A stretch of 63,021 nucleotides of DNA, filler included, from Asterionella formosa (GCA_002256025.1; 16 parts of 16 records of this genome joined end to end with filler, not necessarily neighbours in it), one strand, 5' to 3'; shown: positions 45,367 to 58,709, counted from the first letter of the whole stretch. A program made the numbers and translations. Notes: generated from the sequence alone by a model not told the origin.

Positions 45367-47525
45367 TTAGCTAGAAGATCGCAGAACGGCAAGTGCACCT
45401 TCCCGATTACCCTCAATAAGCATACAGTACAACAGAGCTTGTCGGGCCGATGCTCTGTAAGTGTCGGTTGGCAGAAGACTGCGATCTTCTTCAAGAGAAA
45501 TAGCAGACATGGCGCACTGCTTGGCAGCACCGAGGCTACCGAGTGAAGCAGTGGCAGCACTAGCACTAGTGCCAACCACGACTTGTGCCCTTTTAAGACG
45601 GGACTTGCCCTGCACACTCTTCGCAGCTACGTCAGGTGTGACACCACAAAGCTCTGATGCCAATCGAATAACATCAGTATCTGCACTCCCTCCAGCTAGA
45701 AATGCCATGGCACCCTTGGCATCACCCAGGGCAACAGAGGCCTCACATGCGTAGAGGCTGGCAGTTGCCAAGCGACGCTTATGCATTTGCCGGTTCATAC
45801 CAGATCCACCACCATCATACCCCATACTCTCAATTAAGATTAGCCTCGTGATCACGAGAGCCTCTTTGTACTCCTTCATTTCAAGTTTGATGTATGCTAG
45901 TGCACAACGGGCTGATTCGAGACAGTCCTTATCATTTCGAAGGGTTTCAGGAACAGTCTTATCACGAAGCATTTTTGTACTCATCTCGAGGCAAGCAATA
46001 GCCCTCATCAGGGGCTTCTTGGAGACGAATTCGAGATCTTCATGGCCACCCAGCACCATTTTCGGATCCATGTCCCCCCTGAGATCGGCCGATGGAACTT
46101 CGTGAAGGAAAATGCCACGCGGCTTACTACGAGGTCGATACAAAACAAATGGTGAGTTCTCATTCCCACAAATTTTCGCGTCCATCACTGTGCTTACCCC
46201 TCTACTTCGACCACAGAAAAAAATTTCCTTTTTGGATTTTTGGAATCTTTTTTCTTCATTTCCGCATGCAGGCCAAGGCACGCCTCGGCCATGCGAAGCC
46301 AACATCGAGGCCTCTGAAAATACACTGGCGAGCGCTGTACACAGGCTGCAAGGCATTCATACGCAGACCGATAGTTTCTTCCTTGTAGAGCACACAGAGC
46401 AGAGTTATGAAGCATGGCAAACATATGGACCGACCGCGCGGTTCCGTCCGACCGAAACAGTCCACCATTTGGAGCCCGCAGTGCTTTTGCGGCAGTATGC
46501 AAAGCCAGGTGACGCTTACCACTAGTTCCATAAACTATAGCAAGATTGTTGGCGTGTATAGCTTCATAAATCGGATCATCGTGGGCGGTCTGAGCCTCTT
46601 GAAGCAGGACAAGAGATTTTTTTGTATTTCCCTTGAGCTGCTCAAGATGAGCTTTGAGATTTAGAGCAGATTGATGGTGCGCTTGTAGTAAGCCGTCCTG
46701 AGTTCCTATGGCAGCAGGTGCAGTATACTCTCGAGAATTGCTATTGTCATTCTCGGAGTACACATCCGAATGGCTCCCGATAGAGCTGGCCTCGCCGGTC
46801 GCTTTGAGTTTGTGGTTGAATATCTCCATGGCCAGTTTGAGTTCTTTCTTGACTCCCCGGACGTTAGAGTCCACCAGCTTGCCGTCCTTGCCTCGCTCTC
46901 CAAAATCAAGTCGACTCTTGTACAAGGAGAGCAAAAACTTAACTTGAGGATAACTATCGAGGTCCTGTGAGTCGATCCAATCGACCGTCGCTACTGCAGT
47001 AACTACATCATCTATCTGCTCCAAACCACCGTGACTGCCCTCCGATAACGTGAGGATACAATCCAAAATCAGAAAAGACATATGAGTAATCACGTGAAGC
47101 ACGTCTGGGTGCAAGGCCATTTCGTCAATAATCATGGGGCGTAAGATCTCTAGAAGAGGCGACGCGGCGTCTCTGGTTCGTCCCGAGGCGTAAAGGATCA
47201 GACTTCGATTGTACACCAATATCCACTCCTTTTGCTTCCGTTTTCGGGGCGGCAGACCTTCATCTCTTCGATCACTCTCCAATTTGCTCGATTCTCCCAA
47301 ATTGGTAACGAATCCGTCATTTTGGCCTTGCAGGTATGACAAAAGGCTCTGATTGTACGTTTGGGTGGGCGACTCCTCCACTGTTCCGAGGGCCATCAAA
47401 GCAGCACCAGAGTTACCCTGCTGTTCATAAATGCTTGACGCTGGAACAGAAATATTGGGTATGACGGATGTCATGGCATCACGGCTACGAATAGATCGTA
47501 CTCCAGCCTTGCCGCTGGGCGCCAT
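45367..47525 (-). CDS. CNOT10: CCR4-NOT subunit 10-like TPR protein; exons 47525-46198, 46126-45367
   Basis: LKAHLEQLKGN.KKS..LL, NNLAIVY, HNSALCALQ and PRCWLRMAEAC motifs. A 71-nt GTAAGC..CGTAG intron (46197-46127) joins the two ORFs in frame. Confidence 0.85.
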
Positions 47526-47929
47526 GGTCAGCCAGTCGTCAACTCAATCGCGACGTCGTGAATGTACTTTTGTCGTGCTGTGATGCACGTGTAAAGGTTG
47601 AAAAAATTATGATGGCTGTTTCAAATACCGGTACCAGTATAAAAGTAATCTGTCAAGCAATTACCGGGTAGTCGTCATCAGAATTTTAATACAACATGAT
47701 ACTCTAGTCTCAAATACATCTATTATTTTATTTTTGATGTTGGAAAAGGAATGGAAAATATTCAAGCAACAGCACCTGGTATGATGGACATGAATGAAAA
47801 CATGTATATTTTATATTCACATCCATCATTTCAGGAGTGAAAGGCAATATAAAATAAAACTGTAATTTGTTTTATAACCCATTTATACTTTCTATTTCTA
47901 GGCAAGTCTTTCATTGTACTACCTGCCAC

Positions 47930-48222
47930 CAAGACCTGCTGTACTTCCATAGTTTTGTTTGCATAGGTGAGTCCCCAACCACCTTTTGCACAAGGTGATT
48001 GTCTTTGCCATGGTGTTAGGGGAAACTCCGACTGCCTAGGAAGGTGACACAAGCTGCTTGTAGGGGGGCAACCCACTATTTCTTGCACACCAGGCAAGAC
48101 CATGCAGGACAGTAAGGAGTGGGGGAGTCAAGCCCAACAATTGCTTTGCAAAAAAATTGTGGGAATTGAACCACACAACCTCAGATCAAAGGCAATGTGC
48201 TTAACCACTACGCCATTCCCTT
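47930..48222 (-). mobile_element. tRNA-related Pol III head (48222-48159) adjoining an interspersed repeat; possible SINE or pseudo-tRNA
   Basis: A box TGGCGTAGTGG (48215-48205) and B box GGTTCAATTCC (48172-48162) are present, but there is no acceptor stem. The downstream body recurs at 40281. Confidence 0.5.
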
Positions 48223-51200
48223 CAGGCAATATATAATAGCTACAGTATACCGGTTAGAACTTGTTTTATAAACAGGTTAACAAGATACACATTACTCCAA
48301 AACTTTAGTAAATCTGTTGGCTATGCAGACTAAAAATTGAATATCACTTGNNNNNNNNNNNNNNNNNNNNNNNNNNNNNNNNNNNNNNNNNNNNNNNNNN
48401 NNNNNNNNNNNNNNNNNNNNNNNNNNNNNNNNNNNNNNNNNNNNNNNNNNNNNNNNNNNNNNNNNNNNNNNNNNNNNNNNNNNNNNNNNNNNNNNNNNNN
48501 NNNNNNNNNNNNNNNNNNNNNNNNNNNNNNNNNNNNNNNNNNNNNNNNNNNNNNNNNNNNNNNNNNNNNNNNNNNNNNNNNNNNNNNNNNNNNNNNNNNN
48601 NNNNNNNNNNNNNNNNNNNNNNNNNNNNNNNNNNNNNNNNNNNNNNNNNNNNNNNNNNNNNNNNNNNNNNNNNNNNNNNNNNNNNNNNNNNNNNNNNNNN
48701 NNNNNNNNNNNNNNNNNNNNNNNNNNNNNNNNNNNNNNNNNNNNNNNNNNNNNNNNNNNNNNNNNNNNNNNNNNNNNNNNNNNNNNNNNNNNNNNNNNNN
48801 NNNNNNNNNNNNNNNNNNNNNNNNNNNNNNNNNNNNNNNNNNNNNNNNNNNNNNNNNNNNNNNNNNNNNNNNNNNNNNNNNNNNNNNNNNNNNNNNNNNN
48901 NNNNNNNNNNNNNNNNNNNNNNNNNNNNNNNNNNNNNNNNNNNNNNNNNNNNNNNNNNNNNNNNNNNNNNNNNNNNNNNNNNNNNNNNNNNNNNNNNNNN
49001 NNNNNNNNNNNNNNNNNNNNNNNNNNNNNNNNNNNNNNNNNNNNNNNNNNNNNNNNNNNNNNNNNNNNNNNNNNNNNNNNNNNNNNNNNNNNNNNNNNNN
49101 NNNNNNNNNNNNNNNNNNNNNNNNNNNNNNNNNNNNNNNNNNNNNNNNNNNNNNNNNNNNNNNNNNNNNNNNNNNNNNNNNNNNNNNNNNNNNNNNNNNN
49201 NNNNNNNNNNNNNNNNNCTTCTTACTAGCTGCATAAGAATAAGGTTTCTATGCGGCTGCTACATAAATTAAGAACAAAACACACGTAACTGCAATCTAGC
49301 TCCATTTCTTTTCTCTAAAAATTTGTGTGCGAGATTTGACTATTTAGGATTTGGTTGATACTGTGGGAAAAATATGAAAATTTCGACTATTCCCAAAAAA
49401 TTCTGGACCTAGTGACGTGTTTTGATACTTTCAACTTCAATTGGCTGTGGTGTTTGGTTGATGTGGTGGAGATGCTCTCCTCAGTCTTGTTAATGTCTAC
49501 ATATTAATTAGCTTCATGCAACGATGTACATACTGATAGTATAGCTATGTAGACTACCGGTAATGTAGACTAGGTATTTGTATATGTATGATATAATTTA
49601 CATTTGTGCATTTTAAAATGAGAGGGGGAAGTACTCCTACACCGGTATACTTCTTAGAGGAGAAAAGGAAGCCAAAACTATGCGGCCTGCCGGTATTTCA
49701 TAAGCAAATGAAGGGACATTTATCACATTGCACCTAGCGCTAATCCTCGAACCAGGGTACTGGAACCTGGTACCTATCACCAGGATAGCTACATGGTACT
49801 GGTATTATAGTTCAGAACAATACTTCACCAAACATAACTTAGGACAAACACCTTGGCAAAACCCAATAATTGCCTGTTCAACCCATATTGATAAGAAAGC
49901 TATTAAAATTTGCTCCTCACAAATGAATTATTCTGCTGTAGACTTCATATGCTTCAAAAATAAATGGATTCAGGAGAAAGCCTTCTATAGAATATTGTAG
50001 ATGGTGAGATTATTAACACATCAGCTTGGAAAATATGTGTTAGTGAAAATACCAGGGTACGCATACATTAGCCCAAAGCTTTCAATACCCAAAATATGAA
50101 GATCACAGATTGAAAAGATATCGAGGCAAAATCTTCAATCTTCATACCTGGGAAAATCTATTGTCTCCTCCTTACATTCAAAAATAGAACATCAAACCAT
50201 ATTTCAAACGACCCAACGTCATGTTTTGATATTTATTTTCTATGTGAAAAGTGGTAGTCTCGATTGTATGAATATTCATTGTTATTATATTTAAGAAATA
50301 ATCATTGATAACAGGAACAACATTGCTATCATTGTTTTTGCTGTTGTTATCAGTGGCCTTTGCATCTGCCTACCTTCTTTTCTCCTTTCATACCAGCATC
50401 ATCTCGCTAGTGTGCTCCTATGACAGCTCAAGGACTAGCTGAGTACTCAACCAAGGATGTACAGAGGAGGGACATTCCTTTTGCAACCAAGTTCAATTAA
50501 TTGATTCCATTCAAGCTTGCATACTTCGTAGTGCGCAGATTGTAATCATATGCAGCACTGCAGGGTGTGAAACTCAACACAGTTTTTCCAGTAGTATAAC
50601 TTTTAAGACGCCATAAAAGGATGTTAACTATATAGAGAGAAGAAATTTCGAGATATGGCTGACTCTATTGTAGAATTCTGGATGAAGGCCTTTAGGGAAG
50701 ATAAATGCAGTACCACCTTAAAGTCATAATTTCGATATGCATGGATGTCCAAGAATAAATCAGTCATGACCAATGATACCTTCTGGAGTAAGAGGCAGAA
50801 GATAAGGGACAGGCTTGGCAACACTGACTTCTTCCGCCAACATGAGTATTGCTTGACCCTTGAGGTTGTTTCTTTATCCTTTGCTTAGCCGATGCTGTGG
50901 TTGGTTGCTAGCTAATTGCTGAATCGGCGCTTGTTTCTTCTCTCAGATTGCAAAATGAACGGGGATACCAGTTCATTTTGCAACAGAGCTGGCAAGGCTG
51001 CTAGATGTTGCCTTGACAACCATTTTTGTTTCCATGGCTGGACACATTGTTAATATTGCTCCAGGAATGTTGCTTTGGAGAACTCATGTTGCAATTATCA
51101 TGATAAAAATGATGACAATGATCATTTTAAAAATATGCAATAATAACAATAATACTAGAAATACAAGTATAGACTAGTGTTGTATCGCTGGCGTATGAGA

Positions 51201-51882
51201 TGATGATTGGGAGTACCTAGTATGTGTGAAACTGCTTCCTGGGGAGTAGAGCAGACTACATATTTACAATATAGCCACCTCTCAACTACCGATATCTAGT
51301 AGATTGAGAAAGCTTCATGTGAGTATGGAACAGTAGCGAAAATCATGACTACCAAGTTTGGAGAGCAAATACTTGAATGTCAAACAAAACGAGCAATTTG
51401 ACAATAACGCAAATCTCAAGAAATTCATTAAAAGCCAGCACTTGCCTTGCACAGCCACAGTCAGGCCCTGGCCTTCCTTGAATGGAGTTCCGAGTTGTAT
51501 TACTGATATCATTGCCACTCTCATGTATGCTCGAGTTTTTAATGCTCTACTTTTCCAACACCTTTTAGATCCATGACGATTTTTTGTTTTTGTTGCTGTT
51601 GACTCCACCATGTTCATGTTGTTAGGATATTCTATCAAGAGCCAAAAAATGCGGCATTGATTAAATTGGCTTTTACAAAGGCCTTTCTGGCAAACGCCGT
51701 TAGTTGGTGCGGCCCTTCGAGTGGTAAATGACACCATTGTGGCATTCATTCGGCAAGTCACACATGAGAATGGCAACCAGGGCCTCATCGCAACCATGTC
51801 ATTCAATCATATTTCTACCTCAAATTGAAGACCAGATGCTGATAGGCGCATATCACTTTTCAATGGAGGGTAAATCCCACTC

Positions 51883-52896
51883 TCAATCTCCCAACCTCTT
51901 TGCAGTAATTCGGCGTGTACCAAATAAGCGACCATGGAAAAGCTTGGCAGCTTCTTCAGCATCTTCAACTCTTTCAAACCGGACAATTACCTCCACATCT
52001 GGTTGCGTCGGTGGGTTTGCATCTTTGACGCGAGCCATCTCCACTTTACCACATTTTTCCTCGCATTCTTCCTTCACTTCATCACATAAGTCATCATCAA
52101 TATGCCCTGGGGCGGTAAGATTGGACAGAATAAGAGTACGTTTCAGCGAATAATCTTCTTGGCCAGTGCCCAACCTTGCTTCCTCTTTTTGTTTATTGAC
52201 AACCCAAGCAGGCAGATTCAAAACCCCTCGTCCTCTTCCTCGTCCCATGCTTGTTTGCACCCTATGCTGGACAATTTGATTGATGTCGCCCTTCTTCTCA
52301 AGATCTTGGCGTTCCCGCTCCAATTCGTCTCTCAGGCGCTGCTGGCGTTCCAAAGCTTCTCTAGCTTCTTTCTCAAGACTCTGACGATGCTTTTCTGTAG
52401 CTTTGCGGCTCCAATAGGCTTGCAAGTCATTCGGGAGATGCGGATCATAAGGGTCAGTGACGTTGGCATGCAGCTCTCGCAGCTCCTCGGATTCAACTTC
52501 CAGACTAGGGATTGGTAATTTTAAGGTATGCAAGCTCGCAATGGGATCCTCGTTTGCCATCGTAATTTGAGTAACCTCGTCGTGGACGCGTTCAAGCAGA
52601 GAAGGCATCGGCTCGTGTTTGACAAAACAAGTCAACTTTGCCATCGACGGTGGCAACGTGCTGACAGGACCCGGTCGCTTTCGTTGGCGAAGAGCGGTGG
52701 GCATGAAACTCATTGCGGTTCCTTTGGATCCCAATGCTGAAAGAACCGAGGGTTGATGTTTTGGTTTGCTATCAGGAATGGTCAGGCTGTCAGGAGTCGC
52801 CCGGGTCGGTTCTCCCTTGTTGTTGTTGTTGTTGTCATCGTCGTTGTTTCCACCTCCTTTTGCCGACGGCAAATCACCGAACAGTCCACCATACAT
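51883..52896 (-). CDS. Splicing factor SPF45/RBM17-like (C-terminal UHM-type RRM)
   Basis: GGLFGDLP N-terminus, DPYDPHLPND SF45 motif, and LILSNLTAPG..DDDL.DEVKEECEEKCGKV...LFHGRLFGTRRITA. The ATG at 52896 is preferred over the alternative start at 52914. Confidence 0.8.
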   Translation of the reverse strand: MYGGLFGDLPSAKGGGNNDDDNNNNNKGEPTRATPDSLTIPDSKPKHQPSVLSALGSKGTAMSFMPTALRQRKRPGPVSTLPPSMAKLTCFVKHEPMPSLLERVHDEVTQITMANEDPIASLHTLKLPIPSLEVESEELRELHANVTDPYDPHLPNDLQAYWSRKATEKHRQSLEKEAREALERQQRLRDELERERQDLEKKGDINQIVQHRVQTSMGRGRGRGVLNLPAWVVNKQKEEARLGTGQEDYSLKRTLILSNLTAPGHIDDDLCDEVKEECEEKCGKVEMARVKDANPPTQPDVEVIVRFERVEDAEEAAKLFHGRLFGTRRITAKRLGD

Positions 52897-53679
52897 ACCA
52901 GTATTCAAGCTCAAGTTTGAGTATGTAGCTGAACTTTTCCAAGTGAACAGAAGCTGTTCTTCGCAATGATGCCGATATTGTCGTGTCGTCGGGAGCCTTC
53001 GTCTTGGGGTTGTCCTCCATTAAATTAGTTGTTTTGCAATACTTTTTTAGTACCGGTACGTACTATACCATTGGTCGATTGGTGGTTCAATCATNNNNNN
53101 NNNNNNNNNNNNNNNNNNNNNNNNNNNNNNNNNNNNNNTTAATTAATTAANNNNNNNNNNNNNNNNNNNNNNNNNNNNNNNNNNNNNNNNNNNNTTCGGG
53201 TTTGTTCATCATCCTCTCCAGTCCTTATCTGATTCTTGCAACAACGACAAAACAGCCATGTGGAGAGGAACAAGTGTTTGTGATAAAATCTTCATTTGTC
53301 GTTCAAGTCATCATATGTCTTTGATGCATCATCATCTACATTGCACAGTATGTTCGTACTATGCAATCCATTAAGAGCTTGAAAAGTCATCATTTCCGCA
53401 TTGTCATGTAGTATGCATATATCAGCAACTATCATCGTAAAAACAGTAGTAATGAAGCAAAGTTTTCCATTGCTGTGGTGTTGGAAATGTCGGTTTCATA
53501 CCTTTAAGGATTGCTTCCCTTCTTGTTGAGCTATGAAGTAGAAGTTTACACAATGCCAGATTGCAGCACACTGTGTGAGTTGCATGGTTTGCAAAGTGCT
53601 CCTCATGTATGCAACTCCTTGATATAACATGGTACATGGAACAAAGAAGGTCGCACCAGCAAATTTGTATACCCAAGAG

Positions 53680-53960
53680 AGTTTTGGACAAAAGGTCTGC
53701 TCCCAAATTCTCTTCAGAGTGAATATGTTGAAATCGCACTACACCTCCAGCAATTGCTTCCCTAGCTTGGACCATTATATGCTCTGGCATTATGCTTCTT
53801 CTTGAGCATACTTGAAGGCATGGTTGTATTCAAGACCACACTCATGTTGTTGTCCCCAAACATTTGGGTCGTAGGGCCATCAACAGGTCCTAGTAACATC
53901 ATTAGCAGGTTATCTCACTCACATTGCAATAACCAACAGTTGCAACCCTGGCCATAAAAA
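53680..53960 (-). pseudogene. Decayed Copia RNase H fragment
   Basis: MFGDN.MSVVLNTTMPSSMLKKKHNA and REAIAGGVVRFQHIHSEENLGADLLSK motifs. Confidence 0.75.
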
Positions 53961-54643
53961 GAAGCTCTGACACCCTTCCCCAATTTAACAGTTGTCTGTC
54001 ATTTCAACACTCTTTTAACTGGACCTCTATTCTGACGAAGATCTTCCGAATTCAGCACTTCTATCCCTCTTTAATAAAGGAGAAGTGAATTATGGCGACT
54101 GAATAGTCATTGTAGAAACACATTAGATATGCAGCTGTGTTGAATTCTAAGTTCCTTTTATGTTCGAAAAGTTTGTTCTTGTGATGATTCATGGTGANNN
54201 NNNNNNNNNNNNNNNNNNNNNNNNNNNNNNNNNNNNNNNNNTTAATTAATTAANNNNNNNNNNNNNNNNNNNNNNNNNNNNNNNNNNNNNNNNNNNNGTT
54301 GTTCTAAAATGTTTGAGATAGCTCACCTGATGGGTTATGAATCAGGAAAGAGAAAACAGCTCATGTTTGTTACAGTCTATTAAATTTCTGCTCCTGCTGT
54401 TGTTGTCCCTAATATTGGAAGAATACCTGGGTCAGTATTACAAGTTAAACCTCAGCATACTTGGCCATCTTTTTTCTCATTTTGAGATTCGAGATATGCA
54501 TGCACACAACACAGCAGTACTAGTTATTTCTTTTAATATATATATTAGCTACCGGTAGCTATTTGTATGAACGTCATAACGTCAATCCCCACATTAAATT
54601 TGTAGACTGTAATTTCTTCTGGATTTGTGCACCTTATTCAATC

Positions 54644-55159
54644 ATGAGTGCCTCCCGAACCCCCAACGCGTTGTCTGCTCGGAATGAAGATGAAGACCTT
54701 TCTCTGGAGACAAGTGATCTTTTTTCCGTATTGAAGGGTAATTATTCTGGCGAAATTGGCCAGTTTGTATGCTACACAAATGCCAAAGCATTGGTCAATG
54801 TGTACGACAGGGTCTACAATAAATCAGTTCTCGACCATGCCCGGAAGCCTTTCGAAATCAAGAAAATCGTTCCTTGGGACAATACTTCTCCTTTACCTGA
54901 ATACTTCGAATCCATTTTGGAGGATGAGGTCTGGATTAAGATCAAGATTGATCAGATTGCCGCACAGTTTGTTGCTCGTGGTCTAAATCATGAGTCGCCC
55001 ATTCTTCTCGATTATTTTCGTGATTGTCTGTATGCCGCACAACTTGAGTGTACAGAAGTAAGCGACTGCGGGTTAGCCGCAACTCTTGCTTCAGAAGAGC
55101 AGAATAGTATTAATAATTGCAGTGAAAGAGGGGACGAGAGAGATCGACGAGGTCGATGA
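54644..55159 (+). CDS. Hypothetical protein (~171 aa)
   Basis: Uninterrupted ORF from MSASRTP with gene-like composition; no family recognised. Confidence 0.5.
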   Translation: MSASRTPNALSARNEDEDLSLETSDLFSVLKGNYSGEIGQFVCYTNAKALVNVYDRVYNKSVLDHARKPFEIKKIVPWDNTSPLPEYFESILEDEVWIKIKIDQIAAQFVARGLNHESPILLDYFRDCLYAAQLECTEVSDCGLAATLASEEQNSINNCSERGDERDRRGR

Positions 55160-55697
55160 ACGAGGAGACGATAGAGGAGGGGAGTCCGATAACTAACCTG
55201 ACAAGCTCAAAAGGAGATTGGAAGGTGTGTTTGTTAAAAGAGTGATTAGATTAAGTTAATATAGAAGAACGATGATTTATGCATAGGTACTGTCAGACAA
55301 NNNNNNNNNNNNNNNNNNNNNNNNNNNNNNNNNNNNNNNNNNNNTTAATTAATTAANNNNNNNNNNNNNNNNNNNNNNNNNNNNNNNNNNNNNNNNNNNN
55401 CACTCCATAATGATAAGGAGCCATCATCCTAAAGCTTTCCGTAATGGTGTAATGACTTGATGCCATCACCAAGAGGAAGAACAGAAGAGTCGTCCTATCA
55501 TGCGCAGCGACCATTTTAGTGTTTTTTATGATTGTTCAGGAAGTGTGGTAATTTGTGACGTGATGTGGTTTTTATCAAACCTCGCTCGCACGTCATTGAC
55601 TGACTATATGCTGATATTTTGAATACTGGGTACCTGGTACCATTATTAATTCTGTTAGGGCGTACAAAGTCGATTACCGGTAGCCCCTGGTACCAGG

Positions 55698-57506
55698 TGA
55701 GCAATCCTGCACATCGATACAGATATATATAGAGTTGGGGTTATGTCAAATATATCGGAATTCAATAATGAGAGAACTCGACTAACACCCATTCTATACT
55801 TTGATGTCAGTTCAGGAAATGAGTTATACATAAGGATTAATTAATAAGCTCATATATTCAACAAATACTACTACTTCTAGTTAGATACTTCACTTTGAAT
55901 TCAAAAAGAGTCGAATTAGAAGACAACAAACATGGCAATGTATTCAAGGGTTCCTGTGATTCCTTTGATCAAAGACTACAATGTATTGACTATCAAAACT
56001 AAAACGTTCAGAGTTGCTTTAACCGGTGGAAGGTTTGAATCGTTTGATCAAGATATGATCGATGGAAGCTCAGTGGAAGCATTGTTAATTGGAGTTAGTC
56101 AATTTCGTGATATGGCTAACACATGTGACTTTAGCCCTGCAGATACCTTTTCCTATTTTAAAAGGTGTTTGACAGACATTGCCTTATCGGATTGGTTGAA
56201 TGTGGAAGTACACCCAGAAGATCAATCTTACGATAGTTTCGAAGAAGCGATGGCTTTATGGTTAGATGATCGTTTGCCAAATGAGAGTTTTCAACATCAA
56301 CGACAATGGATGCTACGTTATTTATCTAAACCCTTTTCCATGTTGGTAATGGATTACGGAGCTCGTATTAAAACTTTAAACAGGCTACTTCAACTAATGC
56401 CTCNNNNNNNNNNNNNNNNNNNNNNNNNNNNNNNNNNNNNNNNNNNNTTAATTAATTAANNNNNNNNNNNNNNNNNNNNNNNNNNNNNNNNNNNNNNNNN
56501 NNNATTTCTACTTTCTCAATTGAAGTAGATGATGAACCTTTGTTTACCTGTTCCCTCAATCATCCAATTTTGGCAGACAATATTCAATATCCTCTGGATT
56601 ATAACTCCATACATGATAGACAATTGCTGGCTATACAATTGATTCTCAATCAAACAACTCATCTCATTCTCAATCAACAAACCAAACACATCCGTTAAGA
56701 TTTCCCTCTATCAATTTTCATCATATACATTTAATATATTTTGTGAAGAATCCAGGAGATACTTGACGTATTGTTATTCCTACATCACTATCGAATCCTA
56801 TTATTTATTGGTATCATCGGATATTAACTCATGTGGGTATGACAAGATTAAATGCCACAGTTTCTACACATTTTTACTATCCTCCATGAAAAGCAAGAGT
56901 GGAACATATTACAAGCTTATATGAAACATGTCAAAACGTACAAAATTACCTGGTGCTTGGTTTTGGTGAACTTCCACCAAGGAATGCTTCCACCAAGGAA
57001 TGCATTGTTATTACAATGCTCAGAAGTCACAGTGGATTTCATTGGTCCACGGAAGATAACAGTGACTCCACAAGCGATTGAATTTCATGCTCCAACTTGA
57101 GTCAAGTTAACACAGTCACCAATTTACCAGAAATTTCACATATCGATAATAAGACATCAGAATATATTGTGATGAAATTTAAAAATGATTGGTTAGACAG
57201 ATATCTCCGTCCAGAAGGTTGTATACATGACAATGGAGGTCAATTTACTGGTATTCCTTTCATACACATGTAAGTGTTGAATGGAATTAAAATTGGGACC
57301 ATTACAGTCAAGAATCCACAAACAAATGCTATCCGTGAACGTTTACATCAATCTATCAGTAACAATCTATGTACGAGTTATGTTAAAGGCTCATCCTCCA
57401 ATCAAGGAATTTCAAGTTCAGAATATTGTGGATACCAGTTTGCTGCATCATATGCAGCTCGAGCTACTATTTATAGTACATTGTGTATTTTCACCAGGAA
57501 CATGGG
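55698..57506 (+). mobile_element. Ty3/Gypsy LTR retrotransposon remnant (LTR, gag, decayed integrase; centre lost in gap)
   Basis: LTR 55698-55892 and a gag-like ORF from 55932. Integrase remnants include WYHRILTHVG, EVTVDFIGP, IHDNGGQFTG and TVKNPQTNAIRERLHQ. Confidence 0.85.
55932..56403 (+). CDS. Gag-like ORF of Gypsy element (runs into gap)
   Basis: Starts 40 nt after the LTR. Contains FKRCL...ALSDW and QRQWMLRYLSKPFSM....YGARIKTLNRLL..MP, a capsid-like pattern. Confidence 0.7.
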
Positions 57507-58709
57507 NNNNNNNNNNNNNNNNNNNNNNNNNNNNNNNNNNNNNNNNNNNNTTAATTAATTAANNNNNNNNNNNNNNNNNNNNNNNNNNNNNNNNNNNNNN
57601 NNNNNNGTCTAATTCAGATAAACGAGAGACGGAGGAGCAATCTTGTCATGTCTCATTTGGAGAGGAACGAACGCGATCCAACTTTAGTGTTGAACAAAAT
57701 GTTCTGAAAATGTGGAGTCAAAGTACCTACCAGTTACTGTTTCCACCAACTACCGGCACCGGTAATATATACTGATTCCATGTTCATGCAGATTTCTTTA
57801 ACATTTTTATGTACATGTTAACCGGTATTATTTTTATGCAGAAGAATTTTATTTTTGCAATACCATAATAACGGCATCCTTAAACGTACCCCCGAGTTTC
57901 GCCCTCCCTGCTTCAACACAATTATCGTAGACATACATGTATCTAAGTACCGGTACATGTGCTTCCGTTGAGTCTTTTCAACGGCAATTGGAAGTTTGTT
58001 TATAAATCTAAGTGCATACATTCAAACGTGAAAATACATATCAATTCTTCAGCATAATGTGTATGTATATCTTCAGATGGTTAGAAAGCAAGACTCTGAA
58101 GGCCAGCACGGTATACTCGTGGTAAACAAAACATGTTGCGCGCGTACGACATATCAAATTTTTGACTGGCGGTAAGTGCCGGTACCGGTATGCGTTCTAA
58201 TAGGCGGCCGTGCTGGCTGGTTATGAGTGTGCGCGCTGTTCGTGGTCGTTTCTTTTTCTTGCTGCTTGCTTCGTCGTCTCTTACAGTCAGTCAGTCAGTC
58301 AGTCAGTCATCCAACGCTCATTGTTGGAATCGTATTGGTTTTGTGTTTGTTCTACCGCCCAGCACGACCAGGAATCATCAAGGGAACGCACGTACGAAAG
58401 GGGAACCATGGAGCACTGACGAGAGCAGACGAAGCAAAGATGGGCCATTAAAAGCAATGATGGAAATCATCATACATAGGATTTCCTAAATCAATGATTA
58501 TTTTGGGAGTATAATGCATACCGGTAGTATTTAAGGATATGTGCCTATGTCATTTGATTACCGGTATACTCCAGTAGACTACTGTACTCTACGGAATATT
58601 TGTTTATCANNNNNNNNNNNNNNNNNNNNNNNNNNNNNNNNNNNNNNNNNNNNTTAATTAATTAANNNNNNNNNNNNNNNNNNNNNNNNNNNNNNNNNNN
58701 NNNNNNNNN

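Noticed and set aside
46127..46260. Apparent frameshift in CNOT10 at A/T homopolymers
   Set aside because: A canonical 71-nt GT-AG intron joins the two ORFs in frame.
51315..51806. 163-aa minus-strand ORF downstream of the SPF45-like gene
   Set aside because: No recognisable family and no splice or start evidence.
58283..58308. (CAGT)n microsatellite
   Set aside because: Ordinary short simple repeat.
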